A stretch of 64,000 bases of DNA from Bispira polyomma. Lineage: Eukaryota. The DNA lies in contig OZ287748.1 in NCBI GenBank assembly GCA_965649765.1, positions 76,508,001 through 76,572,000 on the forward strand, in the 5' to 3' direction. Below are positions 27,284 through 40,194 of this stretch, piece after piece. The number at the start of each line of letters is the position of its first letter. Position 1 is the stretch's first letter. The notes beneath the pieces were generated by a model. It had not been told where the DNA came from. It did no database searches and saw nothing but the letters and a program-made list of their open reading frames with translations. The position numbers and the translations under genes are program-made.

Positions 27284-27690
27284 AAAAGACTAGAACTTGT
27301 GTAGAACAAATGAGAGAGATAGAAGAAGTTAAGCTGTATTCTTTTACAAAAAATATGTATTCTGATGTTTTTATGTATACTACTTATATATTGTAATAAT
27401 AATAATAATATGAATCTTGTAGCATTGTTGCCTTAGTTGTTGCAGTAGTAAATCTTGACATTTATTTATTTATGTGAATGTTTGACAAAAGTTCTCATGA
27501 AAATGTCAAAATATAAGTATAATGTATAGTTGATGCATTTTGTAAATATTTTTTAACAACAACATGCTAATTCTTATAACATTGTTCTCACCCAGACTTA
27601 GACCTCCCCAAAATAAGCCTCATGCCGATTTGTTTTAATTACTATGTGACTATCTAAATCTAATGATGTGACATATTGAACATCTTTAAT

Positions 27691-27912
27691 CTGTATTTTG
27701 GGGGGTTTTACATCGATTTCAACAGCTTAGGTTAAATCGCAACAGCCATGTTTAGTTGTGGAGGGAACCAGTGCTGAAGCATTGTAAACTACTGTGCCAC
27801 TGAAATTACCTTAATAAACTCACATCAGGAATGAATCTGTGGAATTCGATCCCCAGATATGAGAGGCCAGTGATTTCGAAGATGCTTATAACCACTCGGA
27901 GACTGCAGCCCC
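27691..27912 (-). mobile_element. tRNA-derived SINE downstream of the GPCR stop
   Basis: Minus-strand head GGGGCTGCAGTCTCCGAGTGGTTA...GATCGAATTCC; body matches the 10655 copy; imperfect TSD CATC(T/C)TTAAT. Confidence 0.75.
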
Positions 27913-28139
27913 TTCAGCATCCTTAATGTATTTCAAAACATCAGAATAAAGTGATTTAGAAAACTATAAATCACATAGGAAAGAATCTACATAATTATTT
28001 CACTTTGTCCAATGTATGATACCATTTTTCGAATTAATGGGATTGTAAATGATATTTTCTAGGTATTAGTTGTACTGGTTGTGGCATAGTGAATTGTTAC
28101 ACCATTTATGAATAGTTACTTAACAGTAGATGTACATAT

Positions 28140-31100
28140 TGTTTTTAAATCTTGAGAAAATCAAATGACATGTTAACCATTGTAATGTAAAAAATGTCTA
28201 ATTGCTATTATTTATATCTACAATGAATAAAATTTGATTAGATTTAAGAGACTTGAATAAATTTGGTGGGGAAAATAATAACAGATGAATTGAAAGTGAA
28301 TTGCATATTTGCCTTGACAGCATGGTCTCAATTTGGCAGAGCTAAAAATTACATTGATACTTCTGTTGATATTTTAGCTGTAACTCCATTTGGGCTTGGT
28401 CACTTTTAATATCTAACTTTATTGCAATGGACAGGTGTTTTGTGAAGGAAATCAGTGTGATGTAGATATATTTCATTGCACTCTCCCACATTGAATGCAG
28501 TGCGCAATTCCAATCCTTAAGATAAATCTCCCACTTTATTTATGCAGTGGCCATGTCAACGTGTTGTGAAAACCTAGGATATACTTCATTGTTACAATTT
28601 CCTTCAATGGGAGGTATTGGTGCAATCTAGCCACCAGGAACAAGAGACAGGCGAATAAACAAGCGATTTGCTGTGTATTTTTGATTGAAAACAAACATAC
28701 TTCATACCATAACTTTACTATAATATAACAGCCACAAATTCCATTCATCAAAGGAACAATGAACTACTGGTAACTGGAAAATTACAGAAATTCGGATATT
28801 TGAGAATTCGTAAAACTTAAAATAAATGGTGCAATCATTTTGCTGGAGTGTATTTTTTATCTTGAGATAACTTTAGGTTAAGTTAATAGCTTGCCAGTTA
28901 TCAGTATGTTTGATTGCTTTGTTTAAATAGACATTGTATTAGCCAAGTGTGCTGAAGGTTTCCAACCTAATACTCTGTATGAATACATTTTACATTGGGT
29001 TACATTAGTTCATTATGTTGAAATCACTTACTTTGTATCCGTACATTCTTGGTATAAGAAATATCAGTTTATCTTCAAAATCTGACGTAATCATAATTCA
29101 CACAGTTTATATTTGAGACATATTGAATGTAGATGCTTAAAATAAGATTAATGAAAATATGACACGATTCTTGGCAACAACAGCCCTTTATGTGCTTGTA
29201 AAAGTATATATAACAGTTGGTAATTTTTAAAAACTTCTTCATTATTGTTGTGTTCAACCGAGACCTAAATCACAGCAAAGCTATTTTATAGTGATATTCT
29301 GCTAATATTACTTATTCAAACAAACAATAGGCCCATATTAAATCAAGTCTTTTTATAGTGATATTTAATTGCTATATCTTTGTCACATGCTTACCCTAGA
29401 TGTGTGAACCAGTCAATATAGTATCTGTAATTAATTTATATAATTTTTTTGCAGTATAGTATATTTCCAAATGTTACAAATTTTTTTCAAAATGTTTACA
29501 AATGACATTTCCAGTTTGTATCAGTTAAAGAAAATTCTACAAAACAAATGTCTAAAATATAATTCCACAAGACAGTCAGATGTTACACTCTTATAGTAAA
29601 AAAAGCATTGTAAAATGAAAATCATTACATTTTGATAATTCGCTACATCATATTGAAACATTTTGAACCATTCAGATATTGATATCATACTAAATTCTAG
29701 TTGTGCAATGATATTATTGTTAAAGTTCACAAATGTCACGACCTCACATACAGTGTGTGTTAAGTCTATTTTATAAGACAGACCCTTCATTGTTTGTTTT
29801 TTTGTCACTAGTTCCTGTAGAGCACACCTTCAGACACCTATGTAAAACATATAAACAGCAAAATCTCTAAACAATGCAATACGCTTTTGTTTCAGAGAGT
29901 CTACTTATGTGTACTTTTTAATACACATTCTATTCACATACATGTCAAAACTGCTGTTTAACATTGATTTTGTAAATTTAAAGTATGCAAATAGCTCTTC
30001 CTTACAGTACAGGTTGAAGCAATCTGTTCATTGCTTCATGTGGTAAAGTTTGTCAGGTAGTTTACAGTGCTGTCAGGTATTTGCCATAACTCGATAGCTT
30101 ACAGTGCTTTAGCACTAGTTTTATCCACCGTTAAATTTAACCATCATCATAACGACCTAAGAAAATTATGTCTTTAAATTAATTCTGTGTAAATACTTCA
30201 AAAATAGCAAGAATAATAATACAAGTAAATACCTGGTAAAAGCACTGGGTTGTTGTGCTAGAAATGCCCTTTGTTTCTGGTAAAGTGAGCACTAAAACAC
30301 TGGCTACTAGAGCCATAGTACCAAATATTATGAAAGGGGCTCCGGGATAATAGACACTCTGAAACCAAATGAATGGTGTGCTGAATTAATAAGATAATAA
30401 ATTTCAGCAATGACCACTACAAGGTAAATATTATGCAATAAAAAAGCATTTAATAGGGGTAAGCTTAAGGGTGAGTTTCAATAGTATGTAACTCCTTTTA
30501 CATTGCAAAATGTTAAGAGGCACACACATTTGTAAGGACGAATAATTTTAAAACATTATTATAGCAGGTACTACACATGGGGACAATGTTTGACTATTAA
30601 TTCAACCCGTAAGTTAGCTTCAACATCACTTTGATATTATATTGCTTTGATTGAGTGGTTTATTAGTGTGGTAAAGCCGTACAGAGTAGTTGGCCAAGCT
30701 TTTCTGCACTACAAGTCGCGGAAAGTCTACAGCAAGTCTACAGATAATATAGTTGTGGGAGATGGGTGTGTTAATCATAAACCACCAAGGCCCTAAATTG
30801 ACCCTAAGAATAGACATTTTGATACTACACCTACCAAATCTGCTACAAATGGAGTCAGTGCTGAAACCAACCCTGACTGATGCACTACAAATCCCTGGGT
30901 AACACCTCTGATGGAAGTAGGATAAAGCTCTGATGTGTAGATATAGAGCATCCCAAAAGTACAGGTCACTGCAAACTTCCTAACTGAGACTAGGGTCACA
31001 CTCACCGGATATAGCCCTGCATGTAAAAGTCAACACCACCGGATGAACAAAATGGTGCACTTAAAGAAACCTTCAATGTAGCTAGATTTAACATAACACA

Positions 31101-34100
31101 ATTGTATTATATCACAATGGGCAGTTTACCAGTGGCAGAAACCAGTACAAATTGGTTTGTCAAGATCAGCATACTGTAAAGCACTGTCCTACTTACTTTC
31201 CCACATACATGCCAAGGCAAATATTCAAAACTATGTCTGCAGAGGTGGGGACAGGTACATTACCCCTACAGCCGCTTTCCTAAAAAATGGTGCTTAGCAA
31301 TCCGTATTACAACTAGACAAGATGGCATAGCATCCGCATGTGCTAAAAAGGAACTGTCTGTACATTGGTATCTTTTACAGCAAATTTAGTCACAACTGCC
31401 ATGTTATATATTAACAGCAAATTGGGTGAAACTATACAACAATAAATATTAGTGCATTGATGATTGGTATGCTAAATTATTAGGCAAAGTACCATACTAC
31501 AAAACCATTTGTTTCATAGGCCACTTATAGAAGTTCTAGGTATAGCATTTTGATTCTATGAATTTCAAATTGCCTATAACATTTGCATCAAAGTATGCTA
31601 CTACAAACAATGACATGCAACTTAGTCAGATCATCGGCAATACGACCAGACTATGCTTTTTTAGAGTATAAGGCTCCATACGATTCCATAAGATTTTATA
31701 TAATAAACTGACACACTCTGACACACAATATTTTTACATAACATATACTTTTATTCATTTACGAGCCTGTATGGCCTTATAAGTCACTTTTAAACAAAAA
31801 ATGCACATTTATTTTTTAAGTTTGACCGATGTTACTACCTGCAGGAATCCACATAATAACAAAGAGTCAGGTGCCAGCTAAAATCGTCATTAATATCAAA
31901 GGCAACCTCCTTCCAAAGTGGACAAAAGTCACATAACCCCAAAGATAACCAGGAACTTCCACAGCACCTGAAAAAGCAAACATATATTTTAATAACCTGC
32001 AAAACAATGCAATACATTTACAAAGCGAAAAGTGACTGATTGTGCAGGTAAGAAAGTAACAGCTTATGATAATCATACTTTCCATAATCATACTAGAGAA
32101 AGCATTTGTATAAATGATAAAACAAATGAAAGAAATAATCTGTAGCAATTAGGTATAAAAAACGGGTTACTGGGAAATAGTGAAGATTTGAGATTGAAAA
32201 GGTTTCTCGAATAAAACGGCTAATCAATCGAGCTAAAAGTGATCCGATATAAAGCTTTTCCGTATTTATCTACCATCCTTAGATGCATCAATATTTTAAG
32301 TTAAACTATGACATTAGTTATTGTTTGCCAAAATACTAACCTGATATGAAAACATTTAGGTAATCATTCCCTTCCAGCATGTTAGGGTTAACTGAAAAGC
32401 CATAATATACACCAGCAATTGTGAACCTAAATATAATGTAAGTATGCTAGAAGTGTATTTCATAAATTAGCTATGTTTTATTGACATATTTTCCTTACAC
32501 ACTAAATTAACATAAATCAAAGCTGCAGGTATTCTGAAAATATGGTGAACATCACCGAGATGTCTGAGGCTTTCAAATATTTCACTAATATTATCGTGGT
32601 AATTACATCTGTATAATTCAAATACCATAATTTCACTTGGAAATTATATTAGTGAAAAAATAGATATCATGTGAAAAGTCTTTACCAAAGTAAACATTAA
32701 ACCAGGGTGATCTTCCAAACATTGAAATTTCTTAAAATAGTACCCATCTTTGTGTCACTTTCCATTTTTCCTGTAAAGTAAGAAAGTATCTGCATCAATC
32801 GTAAATAACACTTGTAACATATTCCCTAATCACCCATAGTATGATAACTTACCTCTTAAAAAAGGTTAATGAAGGGGTTTACCTCAATATGAGGGATTGC
32901 AAAAATTAACAAAACTTGGTTGACAACTTGACTCGGAAACCTTTATGGAACCAATATATTTCCTTTAATTTTATTAGTGACAAAATATGAACAAAGTTGG
33001 GTATCTATAAAGTTATAATATTTCAGTTTTTGTGCTGCAAGTGTGTTACTATTGCGCAGGACCTGTTTTTTCGAAAATTAGGTCAAACCCTTCTTCTTCA
33101 ATAAACATATGCCTGTTGGACTGAGCCATACGCTTAATAAGTGATGTGGCCTGAGTTTGCCTTCTATTGACCAGCAGCCATCTGGGTGATTCTGGTATTA
33201 CCCTAAATCAAAAACACAATCCAGGTATACTATATTATGTACAGAAGTGCTAAATATAACCTAAATCAATTAGTGAGAGTTATGCTAATATATTTTGTAG
33301 ATTACATTGTCAGGATAATGATTGCCCTGTGTATAATTTCAAAGACAAAAATTATGAGTCACTCAATCATCCAGTTTACGCATCTATAGTGCTGGCATAG
33401 TCTTACCAGTATAAAAGGACAACTATGGTGCCGGAAAGAGAAAACACCAACATCAGTATGAAGTGATCTCGTATAAAGTAAGCCAGCAGGGGTATGAGCA
33501 TGTAGAGTGCAGCCCAAGCCAGCATCAAACCTATCCCAGCAAACACATGCCAGGACGGACCAACCAGTTCAATCACTTAAGGAACAGAGAGACATAGTCA
33601 TCAACTAGGTGACAGATAATTGGAACATTGTTTTATATGAAGTACCAGAACAAGATAGAATGTTTAGGTGTAGTTATCATGGATGCAACATGAAACAAAG
33701 GAGGGCTTAGGTATAGTTATTAATGATACAAGAGGGATGTTTAGGTATAGTTATAAATGGTGTAAGAGGGGACAATAGAAGGTTTATAGATATAAATGTA
33801 AGATCATGTTGTTAATAAATAAGGTTACATGTAAGGAACTGTTTTTTGCAGTGCGCTAATAAACAAAAAGTGAAGACTATTAATATTTAATAAATATGGC
33901 ATTTAAAAATCAGTTACCACATCCTATTCCTATTCCCAAATAAATTGTTCATTTCTAATAATTTCCATATTTTTTCTTTTGAACATGTAGAGAAACAGTG
34001 CAGTAGACAACTTGAAAACGGATATTTATTTTCATTGTCTTTACAGGCTTTTGTGACTAAACTATCGTCTTTACATGGCTGATTCATCATTCCTTAATGT

Positions 34101-34235
34101 TTATTGTACCCATGGTGCTCCCCTGTTTTAACCTTAAATAATACTAACACTACCCCCAATAATAGCATTAGAGTTTGTTTGCTGTATTTAATAACCTGTT
34201 CATTTTGTTACTGGGACCATTTCACGTTAACAGGA
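28140..34235. repeat. Segmental duplication, copy 1 (paralogous to ~48830-64000)
   Basis: Exons, introns and 3' flank align colinearly, e.g. 28152-28240 with 48845-48930 and 34170-34230 with 63925-63990. Confidence 0.92.
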
Positions 34236-36299
34236 TTTAATACTGCTTACAACAATACAACAATTTATTTTTATATGTGTAATTCATCATTGTGTGCATA
34301 AAAGAATATATATACTACATATTCTGACAAATTCCCTAAACTATACTTATGTTCTACTACGTATTCTGACAAAATCCCTCAAGTGTACTTCACTTCCCTG
34401 CCACTACATATTCTGATAAATTCTGTAAACAGTGTTTCTATGTTTCATAAACAATTTTCAGTAACAATATTTTATTTATCGTTTTATTATAGTCACATGT
34501 AAATACACTATAAAAAATAAATATCAACAATTAAGAGGGCTTATATGTAATTTTAAACACACAAGTACATCTAACAACATACGCTGTTAACATCCAGCCA
34601 ATGAAGGCTTACGAGACACGTAATACATTTAAAATAAAGTAGATAAATAAGGTAAGATGAAATGTATTTTACTGTATGATATATATAACAAAATAATATC
34701 TAATTTTTTATTTTCTGACTGAATATCAAAATATTCTGCAATATACATTTTACAAAAAGTAACTTATGTATTTCATCATCAACTGCACTTGGGTTTCCTC
34801 TCTTGCATAATCTTTTATCTTTAGGGTTATTTCTGTAACAACCACATCATTAAGCGATACATATTTTTCAACTTCAATTTTTTGAGCATTTTTACACAAT
34901 TATAAAAGTTTACTAATGATATACTATGATTATCGTTTTTTACAGTTTTGTGCACATCAAAGAAATGTATTGAGAGCGATTGAAATAGCATATACACTTG
35001 AACAGGATTTCAGAGTATAACTACTTACTTATCAGAGAGTAGGCCAGCACCAACTGCACCAAACATTCTACATTCAATGTATACTGACTGAGTCATGGAG
35101 ATCAACCACTGGCGGTCACAAACCAGAGAATACTAAACAAACATGCACCAGAAACCTGTTTGTATATATATATGTATATGCACATGTATAACATCAAGTG
35201 AAAGAAAGGCTGACCTGACAGAGATTTGTTAAATAACTCTAGTTGTAGTTGTTCATATGGCCACAGTATAGTGTTTTGTGAAACGACACCTTTCAAACAA
35301 AGTAAAATACATCTCAATGCAAGATGTAATAAGCAAATATCAAACCATATATACAAAAGTTTTATATAAGAGTTATTGGTATATCTTGATATTCTCTGAG
35401 ATACCTTTAAATTACACCATTTTTATTTCTGTCAAGTATAGCCCCTTCCATATTTTTTATTTTAGAATTTAGTTGGGTTTTACGCCACTTTCAATAGATT
35501 AGGGGATACTTTGATGGCTAGATTCAATGGTGGAAGAGACAATCGACCTACGCAAGTAGCTTTCCCACATGAAGGAACAAACATGATGTGAACCCACTTT
35601 AGTAAAAGTATAAAGTTGTATATCTTGTATGGCAGTAGACCTTGCTATATAGATGGACAGTAACAAGTAGAAAATATTTCCCCATCTACAAGAATTCAAT
35701 GTCACCTTTGCATATAAATTGAGCATAAGCGTGAGCAGGAATATATTTGGGTACTATTCTGGTAGTATCTTCCTGTTTTACGAGTATATGTGCATGCATA
35801 TCTTAACATAATATACATTGCTCTATAGCTCTATAATTGCAAAAAAAATGTGTTCTACCTTAGTCACAATAGATGACTTGTACTGATTAGTATCATAATC
35901 CCATGATTGGCAAGCTTTGACTTGAGTATTGTCTCCTTGCCACCAAGTCCAGTTCTTATGTGTAATCATGTCTATGGGATCCATAGTCTCGTTGTTAACA
36001 TATTGTGATAAGAAGGTTGCATTGTCTGCATCTGAATATTGTAAGCATGAGTCATATTGCAAGTGTCCGCTAGAGTCATGTTTCATGGGTATTGTCCAGT
36101 TTTTCCACAGCTCTTTCGATATATTTGCAAATTCACTGGGCCTGTCTACATGACACCAATGACCAAGCCTTGCCGCCCAGAAGACATAACCCATAGTAGT
36201 AAATGTGTGTGGTAAGTATACAAGACATAACATGGCATACACACGTCTCTGGAAGGGTCCAAACTGACCAATTTGCCTCAATATAGTGTCATACTCCAT
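29771..36299 (-). pseudogene. SLC22 organic cation transporter-like pseudogene
   Basis: Exons 36299-35859, 35132-35029, [exon 3 missing], 33575-33407, 33202-33063, 32770-32686, 32426-32341, 31967-31839, 31016-30835, 30358-30233, 29837-29771. Motifs MEYDTILRQIGQFGPFQ, SLVCDR, PESPRWL, ELYPTSIR. Lesions relative to copy 2: exon 3 deleted, TAA 32697-99, TGA 31867-69, 32-nt deletion in exon 10, and four small indels. Confidence 0.92.
35470..35600 (-). mobile_element. Degraded SINE fragment in SLC22 intron 1
   Basis: GGGTTTTACGCCACTTTCAA matches the reverse-complemented tail of the 10655/27691 SINE family. Confidence 0.4.
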
Positions 36300-36585
36300 C
36301 TTACTAAAAACAGCTAATGACATTAAAGTATAGTTCAAATCGTTCAGATTTTTAAAAAAGCTTTGACTATTTACTTTATCAGAAATAATTTATATTCAAT
36401 TTATTACCTGTTGATGGATCAATACATAAAATAATTTACATTTACTTCAATTCACTGGGTCAGTTAGATGAAATAAAGTCTGGGTATGCTTACCTGGTTT
36501 GTATGCTTTCTTTATGAAGAATCAGCCATAAAAATAGTCGTTACGGTCACGGGAGCACGGTAGCAATTACCGGTTGCTATTAGGT

Positions 36586-37193
36586 TGTAACAGGAAAAGA
36601 CAAAAAGTTTCACTTAACAAATTTATTAACAAATAAAATAACAATTACAGAATTACAGTCAACCAAGATACTCTTAATGGTTCATACAATAATACAAACC
36701 AATCTGACCTGACCACAGTCCTGTCCACATAAATAACAATTAAACAAGTTTGTCCACTGTATCCAGCAATCTGTCTTGAAATCCGCTCGGTGTCCACAAA
36801 CACAAAATGTATATATCCAGAGAGTCTGCACAACTAAGCTATCCAGTCGAGGATGCAAACAATATCCAATATGCAGTAAATCCAATCTCTGGTAGATCCA
36901 CAACTTTTATCTAGTTCAATGCTCCAATGAGTTCACCACAAAAACATATATAGTAATCAGTTTATATCCACAGGAAAAGAAATAAAATGTTTCACAGTAT
37001 AGCAGTTCATATAGCAAACCAACTCAATTAACTCTGGTCTGTGGCCAATTGCTAGAATGTTCCAGATTGAGATGTAAACAAATAAGGACAGCTTCAATAA
37101 CAACAGAAACAAAAGCTTAAGGGTTCCCCAATTCTATAAATAGATCACTCTAGCAGAGTGTTTTAACATACCACAATGTCCTTATATGTAACA
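36586..37193 (-). mobile_element. Probable solo LTR (~608 bp)
   Basis: On minus it begins TGTTACA and ends TGTTACA (6/7 inverted match), with AATAAA ~40 nt before the 3' end. No clean TSD. Confidence 0.45.
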
Positions 37194-37299
37194 ATAGTAT
37201 TGTTACTCCTTGATCATTGAAAGTAAGAACTGTAACCAAGTTTCAGCCTGGTGACAGTTCAATATTCTTATTCGTAAATTTTTGATCATCTTCTACTAC

Positions 37300-37735
37300 C
37301 ACTTTTCATTGAGAATACAAGTAAGAAGCTTTTTAAAAGTTAATTATTCAGTCTGAATCAGTAACTATTTAAATTATAAGCAGAATGATCAGGACCTTAC
37401 TTAAGTTAAGAAAAAACATGGCATTCTTTTGTGCAAGAAAAGCTAACAACATTCTTATTCTAAGAATAAAAATTAAAAATTCTTAAAATAGAAAATTATA
37501 AGAATGATTCTTATTCTAAGTATAAAAATGATTCTTATTCTAAGTATGAGAATCATTTTTTAGTGCATATGGCCCCATGTCTTTTTCTTAACTTAAGTAA
37601 GGTCTTGACCATTCTTAGAATCAAAGCTCATTCTTCTAAGAATACTTCTTAGTTTAAGAATTATTCTGAGTATAAGAACTTTAGTGAATACCAAAAATTC
37701 TTATTCTAAGTATAAGAACTTATAAATACAGGCCC
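37300..37735. mobile_element. Palindromic MITE relic (Harbinger-like terminus ...TAAATACAGGCCC)
   Basis: Internal inverted repeat 37384-37420 versus 37576-37614; many TTCTTATTCTAAG repeats; left terminus not clear. Confidence 0.55.
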
Positions 37736-38006
37736 TAAACAGATGGAATGTTGTAGTTTCTCACAAACCTGTGATATACACTACAGTTGGTGAAGATCCA
37801 AGATTGCTTTTGGTTTGAAATCAGGGCCAGTGATTTGTTGACGCCAATCATGGGTTATATATGTCTTGGTGGTCCAGACTCAAGATTTAGAAGTTGTAAT
37901 AGCAGATAAATAATTATTTAGTACATTTGGTGAAATATTGCTCTGGTGCAAATATTCTAGAGAAGCAATAAAAGAAAGCGATAAAAAGTTCACTTTGTGG
38001 TGTATG

Positions 38007-38200
38007 AGTAGTAAAGGACGTTGCAGAATAGACAGCTGAGGTCGACAATTTTAACTGTTTTATACCAAAATGACTTGCCAGCTCATCATTATGTTGGAAA
38101 TCAACAAGACAATCAAATCGTATTTGATACGTACACACGCTTCTTGATACATACTATATTAGAGGGTTACAGGGTGCTCACACATACAAATATTTCTTAC
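38007..38200 (+). repeat. Left terminal inverted repeat of the Polinton element (partly tandem-duplicated at ~38330-38460)
   Basis: Reverse complement of 46825-47038. Confidence 0.92.
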
Positions 38201-39027
38201 CTCATCATTGAAGTTTCCTTTTAGAGCCTGGGGCTCTGTGTCATACTGGCTCTGTGTCATGCATGACTTTTAATAAAGAGCTTCTTTAAATAGCCACAAC
38301 AATCTGTTGAAAAGACAGCTGAGGTCGCCAATTTTAACTGTTTTATACCAAATCGTTTGCCAGCTCATCATTAATTATGTTGGAAATCAACAAAGGCCCT
38401 ATACACAACCTCACCAAACGTTTTTGATACGTACACGCTTCTTGATACATACTGCATTGGGGGGCTTGACACACAGAGGCTTTTGCTTATCATGATTATT
38501 CAAACAACTATTTGGGGAGACGAGAAGGTTTGACCTGTGGGGATGATATCAGTGTACTAGCCATTAATTATGTTGAAAACCAACAAAGACGTATACCAGC
38601 CTCGCCACACTTGTTGATACACATTTGTGGGTGGTGACATATACAGAGATTTCTTACAAACTCTTTAGTCTTCTTCATGGGAGAGTACACGGATTATTAT
38701 AAGGAGTTTGTCATTATTATTTGAAGAACTTATGATTTTCTTTTAAACCTACCAAAACACATTTGGTGGTGGTGGTGGTGGTGGTGGTGTGTTTAGCGAA
38801 TGTAAGTGAAATGGTGGTGGTGGTGGAGGTGGTGGTGTCTTTAATGAAATTTGAACCTTGTCAACATTCAGGAGGGTTATTCTGGTGGATAGGGCTTTCA
38901 GTCATACAAAAGAAATTGTCATGCAGCCTGACTTTTTAACACACATACAGTTGACACATATGCAGATGCTTGTTGACACATACAGAGGCTGACACATATA
39001 TACATTTACATCAATTGACTTTCTTCT

Positions 39028-39390
39028 TAATCTAATCTAATCTAATCGTACTTTTATAGCGCTTAATCTTTGTACAACAAATTCTAAGGCGCAACAAACC
39101 CAAAACGTTAATCGAAAATCAAAAATAGTGGGCGGATGGAAGTCGTAACCAGGGAGACTACCGTAAATGGTTGCGACGGCTAAGGTGGAAAAGCCTGTTC
39201 AAAAAGATAGGCCTTCAGCTTACTCCTGAAAGAGGAGAAAGTTTGAGCCAGGCGAACATGATCAGGTAGGCTGTTCCAAATGAGGGGGCCATCATGAGCT
39301 AGGCAGTGATTGAACTGAACTTTGGATTTGTGGATGCGAGGGTCAAAAGTGGGAATGTTAATCTTACCAAAACAGACATTATTTATTTGG
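39028..39390 (-). mobile_element. L2/CR1-clade LINE 3' fragment inserted in the Polinton
   Basis: Encodes IHKSKVQFNHCLAHDGPLIWNSLPDHVRLAQTFSSFRSKLKAYLFEQAFPP*, then a 3' UTR and (TTAGA)n tail. Confidence 0.85.
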
Positions 39391-40194
39391 AAAATAAACA
39401 AGGGGCAGGTTGTTGTGACATACATGGTGATAGATATATACATTTCCTACCAAGCCTTCTTCTTTGTAGGAAATTTATGTATATGACAAACACCCCAATG
39501 GTGACACATACATGGGGCTTCTGTTATATACATTTCCTACAAACAAGGAGGGGCGTGTGTCATATACATAGATTTCCTACAAACAAGTTTGACACACACT
39601 ACATAGATTTCGTACACTGAACGTTTTATTTTTTTATTTATGCTAAGACAGCACAATTTCAAATATCTTTATTTGCAAGACCTTTATCTTGATAAACCAT
39701 TAGTCGGTTGACACAGTCACACCATAGACACTTGCTTCTCAGATTTCTCAAAAAAAAAAAAAGAATTTAAAGAACCACACGTCTTCCTTGAAAGTTTCCT
39801 GTATGATTTCCACAACTAAAAGATATATTAAATATATATCTATGAATCTATTGTTTGTATCCTGTATGACTCTAATTAATAACAAAAACATACACCAACC
39901 ATTGCCTTAGGTGATATCTTATGAATCTTCTATAATCATAAAAACAAAAAAAAAAACTGTTCACTTCTTCATTAGATAAACAATATAACTGGGATCTATT
40001 TTTAAACTTACTTTTCTTTTTTAAGATTTGAATAGCACTGCATGCTTTTTACCTTTAAGAAGAAACCCAAATCTATTTGCTCATTCAATATAATTTATGG
40101 CTATATAAGGCCTTACATCGCCCCTTAACCCCAATAAATACAGTATACACCAACATAACTACTTAATTTAAACATTTTTCCTGAATGTTTTAGT

